Made by a program: the position numbers and the translations under genes. Under the pieces are notes generated by a model. That model saw only the letters and a list, made by a program, of their open reading frames with translations. It ran no database searches and was not told the origin of the DNA. From assembly GCF_024502345.1 (NCBI RefSeq), contig NZ_JALDNN010000001.1: a stretch of 64,000 bases of DNA. One strand, written 5' to 3'. Source of the DNA: Escherichia coli (GTDB taxonomy: Bacteria > Pseudomonadota > Gammaproteobacteria > Enterobacterales > Enterobacteriaceae). Of the stretch, positions 27,001 to 38,979 are shown piece by piece (positions within the stretch are counted from its first letter, which is position 1; each line of letters opens with the position of its first letter).

Positions 27001-27346
27001 TGATTATCTCTTCTGGCAAGGAATGGCGCTGCGACTGCTGGGCGAACAACACACCGCACAGCAACTGTTTAGTGAAATGAAACAGTGGGCGCAAGAGATG
27101 GCGAAAACCAGTATTGAGGCGGATTTCTTTGCTGTTTCACAACCTGATCTGTTGTCGCTGTATGGCGATTTACAACAGCAGCATAAAGAAAAATGCCTGA
27201 TGGTGGCGATGCTGGCGTCCGCGGGACTCGGGGAGGTTGCGCAATATGAGTCTGCTCGCGCTGAATTGACGGCGATTAATCCGGCCTGGCCGAAAGCGGC
27301 ATTATTCACCACCGTGATGCCTTTTATTTTTAACCGCGTTCACTAA
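24065..27346 (+). CDS. yphG: Large TPR-repeat protein YphG (function unknown)
   Basis: Start set at ATG 24065 (MTPVKVWQERVEIPTYE, 1093 aa); multiple TPR-like repeats in the C-terminal half. Confidence 0.85.
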   Translation: MTPVKVWQERVEIPTYETGPQDIHPMFLENRVYQGSSGAVYPYGVTDTLSEQKTPKSWQAVWLENDYIKVMILPELGGRVHRAWDKVKQRDFVYHNEVIKPALVGLLGPWISGGIEFNWPQHHRPTTFMPVDFTLEAHEDGAQTVWVGETEPMHGLQVMTGFTLRPDRAALEIASRVYNGNATPRHFLWWANPAVKGGEGHQSVFPPDVTAVFDHGKRAVSAFPIATGTYYKVDYSAGVDISRYKNVPVPTSYMAEKSQYDFVGAWCHDEDGGLLHVANHHIAPGKKQWSWGHSEFGQAWDKSLTDNNGPYIELMTGIFADNQPDFTWLDAYEEKRFEQYFLPYHSLGMVQNASRDAVIKLQRSERGIEWGLYAISPLNGYRLAIREIGKCNALLDDAVALMPATAIQGVLHGINPERLTIELSDADGNIVLSYQEHQPQELPLPDVAKAPLAAQDITSTDEAWFIGQHLEQYHHASRSPFDYYLRGVALDPLDYRCNLALAMLEYNRADFPQAVAYATQALKRAHGLNKNPQCGQASLIRASAYERQGQYQQAEEDFWRAVWSGNSKAGGYYGLARLAARNGNFDAGLDFCQQSLRASPTNQEVLCLHNLLLVLSGRQDNARLQREKLLRDYPLNATLWWLNWFDGRSESALAQWRGLCQGRDVNALMTAGQLINWGMPTLAAEMLNALDCQRTLPLYLQASLLPKAERGELVAKAIDVFPQFVRFPNTLEEVAALESIEECWFARHLLACFYYNKRSYNKAIALWQRCVEMSPEFADGWRGLAIHAWNKQHDYELAARYLDNAYQLAPQDARLLFERDLLDKLSGATPEKRLARLENNLEIALKRDDMTAELLNLWHLTGQADKAADILATRKFHPWEGGEGKVTSQFILNQLLRAWQHLDARQPQQASELLHAALHYPENLSEGRLPGQTDNDIWFWQAICANAQGDETEATRCLRLAVTGDRTINIHSYYNDQPVDYLFWQGMALRLLGEQHTAQQLFSEMKQWAQEMAKTSIEADFFAVSQPDLLSLYGDLQQQHKEKCLMVAMLASAGLGEVAQYESARAELTAINPAWPKAALFTTVMPFIFNRVH

Positions 27347-27722
27347 ATCTTATTAACTGTAATATTTGAGCGGCACGCGCTGCCGCTCATCACAAAATAA
27401 TTAGAATAAGCCGTTGTAAATAAAAACCCTACAGGAGGCACTATGCCTAAAAAAATGAGAACAACCCGTAATTTATTATTAATGGCTACGCTATTGGGTA
27501 GCGCACTATTTGCCAACGCTGCGGATAAAGAAATGACCATTGGCGCAATATACCTTGATACCCAGGGATATTACGCTGGAGTGCGTCAGGGCGTTCAGGA
27601 TGCGGCAAAAGATTCTTCAGTACAGGTACAGTTAATTGAAACTAACGCCCAGGGTGATATTTCGAAAGAAAGTACCTTTGTTGATACCCTCGTGGCGCGT
27701 AATGTCGATGCCATTATTTTAT

Positions 27723-27731
27723 CGGCAGTGT
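27723..27731. repeat. Target-site duplication, left copy (CGGCAGTGT)
   Basis: Identical 9-mer immediately flanks both IS ends. Confidence 0.9.
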
Positions 27732-28788
27732 GGCTTTGTTGAATAAATCGAACTTTTGCTGAGTTGAAGGATCAGATCACGTATCTTCCCGACAACGCAG
27801 ACCGTTCCGTGGCAAAGCAAAAGTTCAAAATCACCAACTGGCCCACCTACAATAAAGCCCTCATCAACCGTGGCTCCATAACTTTCTGGCTGGATGATGA
27901 AGCTATTCAGGCCTGGTATGAGTCAGCAACACCTTCTTCACGAGGCAGACCTCAGCGCTATTCTGACCTTGCCATCACGACTGTGCTGGTCATTAAACGC
28001 GTATTCAGGCTGACCCTGCGCGCTGCGCAGGGCTTTATTGATTCCATTTTTTCTCTGATGAACGTTCCGCTACGCTGCCCGGATTACAGCTGTGTCAGCA
28101 GGCGGGCAAAGTCGGTTAATGTCAGTTTCAAAACGCCCACCCGGGGTGAAATCGCACACCTGGTAATTGATTCCACCGGGCTGAAGGTCTTCGGTGAAGG
28201 CGAGTGGAAAGTCAAAAAGCATGGCCAGGAACGCCGCCGTATCTGGCGTAAGCTGCATCTCGCCGTTGACAGTAAAACACATGAAATCATCTGCGCTGAC
28301 CTGTCGCTGAACAACGTTACGGACTCAGAGGCCTTCCCCGGGTTAATCCGGCAAACCCACCGGAAAATCAGGTCAGCCGCCGCCGATGGCGCTTACGATA
28401 CCCGGCTATGTCACGATGAACTGCGGCGTAAGAAAATCAGCGCGCTTATCCCTCCCCGAAAAGGTGCGGGTTACTGGCCCGGTGAATATGCAGACCGTAA
28501 CCGTGCAGTGGCTAATCAGCGAATGACCGGGAGTAATGCGCGGTGGAAATGGACAACAGATTACAACCGTCGCTCGATAGCGGAAACGGCGATGTACCGG
28601 GTAAAACAGCTGTTCGGGGGTTCACTGACACTGCGTGACTACGATGGTCAGGTTGCAGAGGCTATGGCCCTGGTACGAGCGCTGAACAAAATGACGAAAG
28701 CAGGTATGCCTGAAAGCGTGCGTATTGCCTGAAAACACAACCCGCTACGGGGGAGACTTACCCGAAATCTGATTTATTCAACAAAGCC
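27732..28788 (+). mobile_element. IS903-group insertion sequence (IS5 family), 1057 bp
   Basis: 18-bp perfect terminal inverted repeats ggctttgttgaataaatc at 27732-27749 and reverse-complemented at 28771-28788; single DDE transposase ORF; flanked by 9-bp direct repeats. Confidence 0.9.
27809..28732 (+). CDS. IS903-type transposase
   Basis: Frame open from 27764; GTG at 27809 gives 307 aa, matching the remembered IS903 transposase length; true start codon uncertain. Confidence 0.8.
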   Translation: MAKQKFKITNWPTYNKALINRGSITFWLDDEAIQAWYESATPSSRGRPQRYSDLAITTVLVIKRVFRLTLRAAQGFIDSIFSLMNVPLRCPDYSCVSRRAKSVNVSFKTPTRGEIAHLVIDSTGLKVFGEGEWKVKKHGQERRRIWRKLHLAVDSKTHEIICADLSLNNVTDSEAFPGLIRQTHRKIRSAAADGAYDTRLCHDELRRKKISALIPPRKGAGYWPGEYADRNRAVANQRMTGSNARWKWTTDYNRRSIAETAMYRVKQLFGGSLTLRDYDGQVAEAMALVRALNKMTKAGMPESVRIA

Positions 28789-28797
28789 CGGCAGTGT
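28789..28797. repeat. Target-site duplication, right copy (CGGCAGTGT)
   Basis: Identical to 27723-27731. Confidence 0.9.
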
Positions 28798-29514
28798 CTG
28801 AAAATGGCAGTAGCCGTACCGTTCGTCGCGCCAGTGAAGCGGGTATTCCGGTGATTTGCTACAACACCTGTATTAATCAAAAGGGGGTCGATAAATATGT
28901 CTCGGCGTATCTGGTCGGCGATCCGCTGGAATTTGGTAAAAAACTGGGTAACGCTGCCGCCGATTATTTTATTGCCAATAAAATTGACCAGCCGAAAATT
29001 GCCGTCATCAATTGCGAAGCCTTTGAAGTTTGTGTGCAGCGACGTAAAGGATTTGAAGAAGTATTAAAATCCCGCGTTCCCGGCGCGCAAATTGTCGCTA
29101 ATCAGGAAGGGACTGTTTTAGATAAAGCGATTTCCGTTGGTGAAAAACTGATTATCTCCACGCCGGATCTCAACGCCATTATGGGGGAGTCGGGCGGTGC
29201 GACACTCGGCGCGGTAAAAGCGGTACGTAATCAAAATCAGGCCGGAAAAATTGCTGTTTTCGGTTCGGATATGACAACCGAAATTGCTCAGGAGCTGGAA
29301 AACAATCAGGTGCTGAAAGCGGTAGTGGATATTTCCGGTAAGAAAATGGGCAATGCTGTTTTCGCGCAAACATTGAAGGTTATCAATAAACAAGCCGACG
29401 GTGAAAAAGTGATTCAGGTGCCAATCGATCTCTATACCAAAACGGAAGATGGTAAACAGTGGCTGGCAACGCACGTTGATGGTCTGCCCTAATCGCTGAT
29501 TCGCAGAGGTCCCT

Positions 29515-31026
29515 ATGTTCACGGCAACAGAGGCAGTCCCGGTAGCAAAAGTGGTGGCAGGAAATAAGCGTTACCCCGGCGTCGTTGCGCTGGATAACGT
29601 TAACTTCACGCTCAATAAAGGCGAAGTTCGTGCGCTGTTAGGTAAAAACGGCGCGGGCAAATCGACTCTCATTCGAATGCTTACCGGCAGCGAACGCCCG
29701 GATAGCGGTGATATCTGGATTGGCGAGACGCGACTGGAAGGTGACGAAGCTACGTTGACTCGCCGTGCCGCTGAACTGGGGGTTCGTGCGGTTTATCAGG
29801 AGTTAAGTCTGGTGGAGGGACTGACGGTGGCGGAAAACCTCTGCCTCGGTCAGTGGCCCCGCCGCAACGGCATGATTGATTACCTGCAAATGGCGCAGGA
29901 TGCCCAACGTTGCTTACAGGCGCTGGGCGTTGACGTTAGCCCTGAACAACTTGTTTCAACGCTAAGCCCGGCGCAAAAGCAACTGGTGGAAATTGCGCGG
30001 GTGATGAAGGGCGAGCCGCGCGTGGTCATTCTTGATGAACCTACCAGTTCGCTTGCCAGTGCGGAAGTTGAACTGGTGATCAGCGCGGTGAAAAAGATGT
30101 CGGCACTGGGCGTGGCGGTAATTTATGTCAGCCACCGGATGGAAGAAATTCGCCGCATTGCCTCCTGTGCCACTGTTATGCGCGATGGTCAGGTGGCGGG
30201 CGATGTGATGCTCGAAAACACCTCCACGCATCATATTGTGTCGCTAATGCTAGGGCGTGATCACGTTGATATTGCGCCGGTAGCCCCTCAGGAAATTGTG
30301 GATCAGGCCGTGCTGGAAGTCCGTGCATTACGCCATAAGCCCAAGCTGGAGGATATCAGCTTTACGTTACGTCGCGGCGAAGTGCTTGGCATTGCTGGCC
30401 TGCTGGGGGCAGGGCGCAGTGAATTGCTGAAGGCGATTGTTGGGCTGGAGACGTATGAACAGGGCGAAATTGTTATCAACGGCGAGAAAATCACGCGCCC
30501 CGATTACGGCGACATGCTGAAACGCGGCATTGGCTATACGCCAGAAAACCGCAAAGAAGTGGGGATCATTCCCTGGTTGGGCGTTGACGAAAATACAGTG
30601 CTGACCAATCGGCAAAAAATCAGCGCCAACGGAGTGCTGCAATGGTCCACCATCCGCCGCCTGACCGAAGAGGTGATGCAGCGGATGACGGTCAAGGCCG
30701 CCAGTAGCGAAACGCCCATCGGCACGCTTTCTGGTGGCAATCAGCAAAAAGTGGTGATCGGTCGTTGGGTCTATGCCGCCAGCCAGATTTTGTTGCTCGA
30801 CGAGCCAACGCGCGGCGTCGATATCGAAGCCAAACAGCAGATTTACCGTATTGTCCGTGAGCTGGCTGCCGAAGGAAAAAGCGTGGTGTTTATCTCCAGT
30901 GAAGTGGAGGAGTTGCCGCTGGTGTGCGACCGCATCCTGTTGTTACAGCACGGTACGTTCTCGCAGGAGTTTCACTCGCCGGTCAATGTGGATGAGCTGA
31001 TGTCCGCCATTCTGTCTGTGCACTGA
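29515..31026 (+). CDS. yphE: Sugar ABC transporter ATP-binding protein (duplicated ATPase domains)
   Basis: 503 aa; two Walker A/ABC signature (LSGGNQQK) modules typical of ribose/xylose-type importer ATPases. Confidence 0.9.
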   Translation: MFTATEAVPVAKVVAGNKRYPGVVALDNVNFTLNKGEVRALLGKNGAGKSTLIRMLTGSERPDSGDIWIGETRLEGDEATLTRRAAELGVRAVYQELSLVEGLTVAENLCLGQWPRRNGMIDYLQMAQDAQRCLQALGVDVSPEQLVSTLSPAQKQLVEIARVMKGEPRVVILDEPTSSLASAEVELVISAVKKMSALGVAVIYVSHRMEEIRRIASCATVMRDGQVAGDVMLENTSTHHIVSLMLGRDHVDIAPVAPQEIVDQAVLEVRALRHKPKLEDISFTLRRGEVLGIAGLLGAGRSELLKAIVGLETYEQGEIVINGEKITRPDYGDMLKRGIGYTPENRKEVGIIPWLGVDENTVLTNRQKISANGVLQWSTIRRLTEEVMQRMTVKAASSETPIGTLSGGNQQKVVIGRWVYAASQILLLDEPTRGVDIEAKQQIYRIVRELAAEGKSVVFISSEVEELPLVCDRILLLQHGTFSQEFHSPVNVDELMSAILSVH

Positions 31027-31050
31027 TGAATTTTACCGAGGAACCTGAAG

Positions 31051-32049
31051 ATGTCTGCTTCGTCATTATCATTGCCGCAGGGCAAGAGCGTCTCGCTCAA
31101 ACAATTTGTCAGTCGCCATATTAATGAGATCGGTTTGCTGGTGGTAATCGCCATTCTTTATCTGGTCTTCTCCCTGAACGCGCCTGGCTTTATCTCATTG
31201 AATAACCAGATGAACGTGCTGCGCGATGCCGCCACCATTGGGATTGCCGCCTGGGCGATGACGCTGATTATTATCTCCGGTGAAATTGATGTCAGCGTTG
31301 GGCCGATGGTGGCTTTTGTCTCGGTGTGCCTGGCATTTTTGCTGCAATTTGAAGTTCCGCTGGCGGTGGCGTGTCTGCTGGTGTTGCTGTTAGGCGCGCT
31401 GATGGGAACGCTCGCCGGGGTGCTGCGCGGCGTGTTTAACGTACCAAGTTTCGTTGCCACACTGGGGCTGTGGAGCGCCCTGCGCGGAATGGGGCTGTTT
31501 ATGACCAACGCACTGCCAGTGCCGATTGACGAAAACGAGGTGCTGGACTGGCTGGGCGGACAATTTCTCGGTGTGCCAGTATCCGCGCTGATCATGATGG
31601 TGTTGTTTGCGCTGTTTGTGTTCATTAGCCGAAAAACCGCCTTCGGGCGCTCGGTTTTTGCCGTTGGCGGTAATGCCACGGCGGCGCAGTTGTGCGGTAT
31701 TAACGTTCGTCGGGTGCGCATTCTTATCTTTACCCTTTCGGGATTATTAGCGGCGGTGACCGGCATTTTGCTGGCGGCACGCCTCGGTTCCGGTAACGCA
31801 GGTGCCGCAAACGGTCTGGAGTTTGACGTCATCGCTGCGGTCGTGGTCGGCGGTACGGCACTTTCCGGCGGTCGCGGTTCCCTGTTCGGTACATTGCTTG
31901 GTGTGCTGGTGATTACGCTAATCGGTAACGGTCTGGTGCTGCTCGGTATTAACTCCTTTTTCCAGCAGGTGGTACGCGGCGTCATCATCGTGGTGGCGGT
32001 GCTGGCGAATATCTTGCTGACCCAGCGAAGCAGTAAAGCGAAACGCTAA
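31051..32049 (+). CDS. yphD: Sugar ABC transporter permease
   Basis: 332 aa, multi-span hydrophobic protein of RbsC/AraH type. Confidence 0.9.
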   Translation: MSASSLSLPQGKSVSLKQFVSRHINEIGLLVVIAILYLVFSLNAPGFISLNNQMNVLRDAATIGIAAWAMTLIIISGEIDVSVGPMVAFVSVCLAFLLQFEVPLAVACLLVLLLGALMGTLAGVLRGVFNVPSFVATLGLWSALRGMGLFMTNALPVPIDENEVLDWLGGQFLGVPVSALIMMVLFALFVFISRKTAFGRSVFAVGGNATAAQLCGINVRRVRILIFTLSGLLAAVTGILLAARLGSGNAGAANGLEFDVIAAVVVGGTALSGGRGSLFGTLLGVLVITLIGNGLVLLGINSFFQQVVRGVIIVVAVLANILLTQRSSKAKR

Positions 32050-32114
32050 ACCTTAACGCCCCTGGCGCGGGTGCGGCAGGGATGAAAATTAATCGTATTG
32101 TTAATGAGGGATTT

Positions 32115-33176
32115 ATGAAAACGATGCTGGCAGCTTATTTACCAGGAAATTCAACCGTCGATCTGCGGGAAGTTGCGGTGCCGACGCCGGGGATTAACCA
32201 GGTACTGATCAAAATGAAATCCTCCGGGATTTGCGGAAGCGATGTCCACTATATCTATCATCAACACCGTGCCACGGCGGCGGCACCCGATAAACCGTTA
32301 TACCAGGGATTTATCAACGGTCATGAACCGTGCGGGCAGATTGTGGCGATGGGGCAAGGCTGCCGCCATTTTAAAGAGGGCGACCGCGTGCTGGTGTATC
32401 ACATTTCTGGCTGTGGTTTTTGCCCGAACTGCCGCCGCGGCTTTCCTATCTCTTGTACTGGCAAAGGAAAAGCGGCTTACGGCTGGCAGCGTGACGGCGG
32501 TCATGCCGAATATCTGCTGGCGGAAGAAAAAGATCTGATCCTCCTGCCGGATGCGCTGAGCTACGAAGATGGTGCGTTTATCAGTTGCGGCGTTGGCACG
32601 GCCTATGAAGGGATTTTGCGCGGCGAAGTTTCCGGCAGCGATAACGTGCTGGTGGTCGGTCTGGGGCCGGTCGGCATGATGGCGATGATGCTGGCGAAAG
32701 GTCGCGGTGCAAAACGGATCATCGGCGTTGATATGCTGCCGGAACGTCTGGCGATGGCAAAACAGTTAGGGGTGATGGATCACGGCTATTTAGCAACCAC
32801 CGAAGGTCTGCCGCAGATTATCGCCGAACTCACCCACGGTGGCGCGGATGTTGCGCTCGATTGTTCTGGTAATGCCGCAGGTCGCTTGCTGGCACTGCAA
32901 TCCACCGCTGACTGGGGACGGGTGGTTTACATTGGTGAAACCGGAAAAGTGGAATTCGAGGTCAGCGCCGATCTGATGCACCATCAACGGCGGATTATCG
33001 GCTCCTGGGTGACCAGTCTGTTCCATATGGAAAAATGCGCCCACGATTTGACTGACTGGAAGCTGTGGCCGCGTAACGCCATTACCCATCGCTTCTCGCT
33101 GGAACAGGCAGGTGATGCCTATGCGCTGATGGCGAGCGGCAAATGCGGGAAAGTTGTGATTAACTTCCCGGATTAA
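32115..33176 (+). CDS. yphC: Zinc-dependent alcohol/polyol dehydrogenase
   Basis: Start set at ATG 32115 (MKTMLAAY..., 353 aa); GHEPCG zinc motif and GLGPVG NAD-binding motif. Confidence 0.85.
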   Translation: MKTMLAAYLPGNSTVDLREVAVPTPGINQVLIKMKSSGICGSDVHYIYHQHRATAAAPDKPLYQGFINGHEPCGQIVAMGQGCRHFKEGDRVLVYHISGCGFCPNCRRGFPISCTGKGKAAYGWQRDGGHAEYLLAEEKDLILLPDALSYEDGAFISCGVGTAYEGILRGEVSGSDNVLVVGLGPVGMMAMMLAKGRGAKRIIGVDMLPERLAMAKQLGVMDHGYLATTEGLPQIIAELTHGGADVALDCSGNAAGRLLALQSTADWGRVVYIGETGKVEFEVSADLMHHQRRIIGSWVTSLFHMEKCAHDLTDWKLWPRNAITHRFSLEQAGDAYALMASGKCGKVVINFPD

Positions 33177-33187
33177 GGAGTTAGCGG

Positions 33188-34060
33188 ATGACCATCTATA
33201 CCTTATCCCACGGGTCGCTAAAGCTGGACGTTTCTGACCAGGGCGGCGTAATCGAAGGCTTCTGGCGCGATACGACGCCGCTCTTACGTCCTGGTAAAAA
33301 AAGCGGTGTGGCAACCGATGCCTCATGTTTTCCGCTGGTGCCATTTGCAAACCGGGTGAGCGGCAACCGTTTTGTCTGGCAGGGGCGTGAGTATCAACTG
33401 CAACCGAATGTTGAGTGGGATGCGCACTATCTACACGGCGATGGCTGGCTGGGCGAGTGGCAATGTGTCTCGCACAGCGATGATAGTTTGTGTCTGGTGT
33501 ATGAACATCGCAGCGGTGTCTATCACTATCGGGTAAGTCAGGCGTTTCATTTAACGGCGGATACGCTGACGGTGACGCTCTCTGTCACCAATCAAGGAGC
33601 AGAGACGCTGCCATTTGGTACCGGCTGGCATCCTTATTTTCCGTTGTCACCACAAACGCGGATTCAGGCGTAGGCGAGCGGTTACTGGCTGGAACGGGAG
33701 CAGTGGCTGGCGGGTGAGTTTTGCGAGCAGCTACCGCAGGAACTGGATTTTAACCAGCTCGCGCCGTTGCCGCGCCAGTGGGTGAACAATGGTTTTGCCG
33801 GATGGAATGGTCAGGCCCGCATCGAGCAGCCGCAGGAAGGTTATGCCATCATCATGGAAACGACGCCACCTGCACCGTGTTATTTCATCTTTGTTTCCGA
33901 CCCTGCGTTTGATAAAGGATATGCGTTTGATTTCTTCTGTCTGGAACCGATGAGCCATGCGCCGGATGATCATCATCGCCCGGAAGGGGGTGATCTCATT
34001 GCGCTAGCACCAGGGGAATCAACAACTTCAGAGATGTCGTTGCGGGTAGAGTGGCTGTAA
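33188..34060 (+). pseudogene. yphB: yphB (aldose 1-epimerase family) interrupted by in-frame amber codon
   Basis: Single frame 33188-34060 (290 codons) broken only by TAG at 33671-33673; both segments (161 aa and downstream) read as one mutarotase-like protein. Confidence 0.8.
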
Positions 34061-34069
34061 TTTATTAAA

Positions 34070-34101
34070 TGCCGGATAAGGCGTTCACGCCGCATCCGGC
34101 A
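34070..34101. repeat. REP element
   Basis: tgccggataaggcgttcacgccgcatccggca palindromic unit between convergent yphB and yphA. Confidence 0.6.
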
Positions 34102-34107
34102 TCTTTC

Positions 34108-34530
34108 CTAACGCCGATCGAGAGAAATTGCCCCCGGCCCGGTAATTGCCAATAGCAAGAACGCGCCAGCGATACTGACATTCTTCCAGAAATTAATCAT
34201 ATTTGGCCCAACCGCATCGCCGGTCATATCCCAGTAATGGTGACCAATCACCGCCGTACCCAGCGTGTAGAAAATAAACAGCACTGCCAGCGGACGGGTG
34301 AAAAAGCCAAGCACGATTAATATCGCGGCGGGCACTTCCATAACTACCGCAATAATCGCTGCCAGCATCGGCATTGGCGCGCCCAACGAGGCCATATATT
34401 GGACCGTACCGTCAAAGCCCATCATTTTGGGAAAACCAAAAATAATGAAAATTAAGACCACGGCGATACGGGCAATTAATAACAAAACGGGGCGGGCAGC
34501 TCCAAAATCAAAATAACGTAGTGTGTTCAT
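34108..34530 (-). CDS. yphA: DoxX-family inner membrane protein YphA
   Basis: Start set at ATG 34530 (MNTLRYFDF..., 140 aa); four hydrophobic segments. Confidence 0.85.
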
Positions 34531-34626
34531 AACCAATCCCTTTGCAAGATAATGTGATTTAAACGTAATACACACTCTTGCACCTCGCCACGCCCCAGGC
34601 GTTGAGATATTCGCTAATTATCCTGG

Positions 34627-35838
<1,212 letters not shown>

Positions 35839-36651
35839 TTAAAGATCCAGCCCAGCCGCTACGTGGCGAATGCCGCGAATCGCTAAACCCGCATCAGCGT
35901 TGATCATCACACCGCTTAATGCGCGATTATTGCGCCGCGATGCCAACATCACATACGGCCCCGTAAAATCCGCCGGTTGCGGGAAAAATTGCAGCGGTAA
36001 AATGGCGGCAATTTTCTCCGGCGTCAGAGACTGCATTATCGAGGTTTCACTTTGCCCGAGCGCCTGTGGGCCGCGCAGGTCGCTGGCCATACCACACGGG
36101 CCGACGCCATTCACCCGCACTTTCGGTGCCAGTTCATAAGCCAGTTGGCGAATAAGTCCGGTTGCGGCATGTTTACTGGCGGTGTACAGCGGGCCACCGC
36201 CGCCAGGATACCAGGCGGCATTTGACAGTGTGAAAATCATGCTGCCTTCACTGGCGATTAACGCCGGAGCGCAGGCTTTTGCGCCCAGCAGGTAACCGAG
36301 AACATTGACGTTAAACAGCTCGTGGAAGCCGGTTTCGAGCGTCTCTGCGGGAGTATTAACCAGTGAGGCATTGTGATCCCAGATGCCTGCATTGCCGATA
36401 AAACAATCCAGCTTGCCGGAACGAGTCAGGATCTGATCGACCGCGCGTTGATAATCGGCATAACAGGTCACGTTACCTTCCACCGCCAGAATATGTTCGC
36501 CAAATCGCTGACGCAGACTGGCGACTTTTGCCGCCGACAGTTCCAGCGTGGCAACCTGCGCGCCTTCTTCGATAAATCGCTCGACCAGCGCCAGCCCTAA
36601 TCCCGATCCGCCGCCGGTAATAAAAATGGACTCGTTATGCAGATCGCTCAT
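35839..36651 (-). CDS. hcaB: 2,3-dihydroxy-2,3-dihydrophenylpropionate dehydrogenase (SDR)
   Basis: 270 aa short-chain dehydrogenase, TGGGSGLG motif. Confidence 0.92.
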
Positions 36652-36967
36652 GGCTGCGCCTCCGGTAAGTCGATGAAAATGTCACCACCTTCAACGTGTA
36701 CTGGATAAGTGGTGAGCGGATCGGTGGCGGGCAGGCATAACGCTTTCCCCGTTTTCAGGCAAAAACTGGCGGCGTGTAGCGGGCACTCCACCGTGGCGTC
36801 ATCTTCCAGATACCCTTCTGACATTGACGCATTACCATGGCTGCAACGATCGTTAATGGCATAAAACTCGCCGCCAACGTTGAACAGGGCGATGACGGGC
36901 GAGGTATCGATCCGGAGAGCCTCACCCTCCGGCACATCCGCAACGGGACACGCATAAATTCGATTCA

Positions 36968-36968
<1 letters not shown>
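36648..36968 (-). CDS. hcaC: Rieske ferredoxin component
   Basis: 106 aa with CxH...CxxH Rieske motif. Confidence 0.92.
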
Positions 36969-38880
<1,912 letters not shown>

Positions 38881-38979
38881 CTATTTTTGTGCCATAAGGA
38901 TGTTGCTGGTTGGTTGCTAATATGTGAAATAGTTAATTTCTACCAGCTGAGACGTTTTTTCGATAACAAGGGGAAGGTG

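Larger units (their letters stand above)
27443..29492 (+). pseudogene. yphF: yphF (ABC transporter periplasmic sugar-binding protein) interrupted by IS insertion
   Basis: N-terminal part with signal peptide (27443-27731) and C-terminal part (28798-29492) join in-frame to a 327-aa protein (..AIILSAV|SENGSS..) once the IS and one target-duplication copy are removed. Confidence 0.88.

Noticed and set aside
27732-28788. Possibility that the IS is one arm of a composite Tn903-like transposon carrying a resistance gene
   Set aside because: No second IS copy and no aminoglycoside phosphotransferase or other cargo gene anywhere in the window; the element is flanked directly by its own 9-bp duplication, so it is a solitary insertion.
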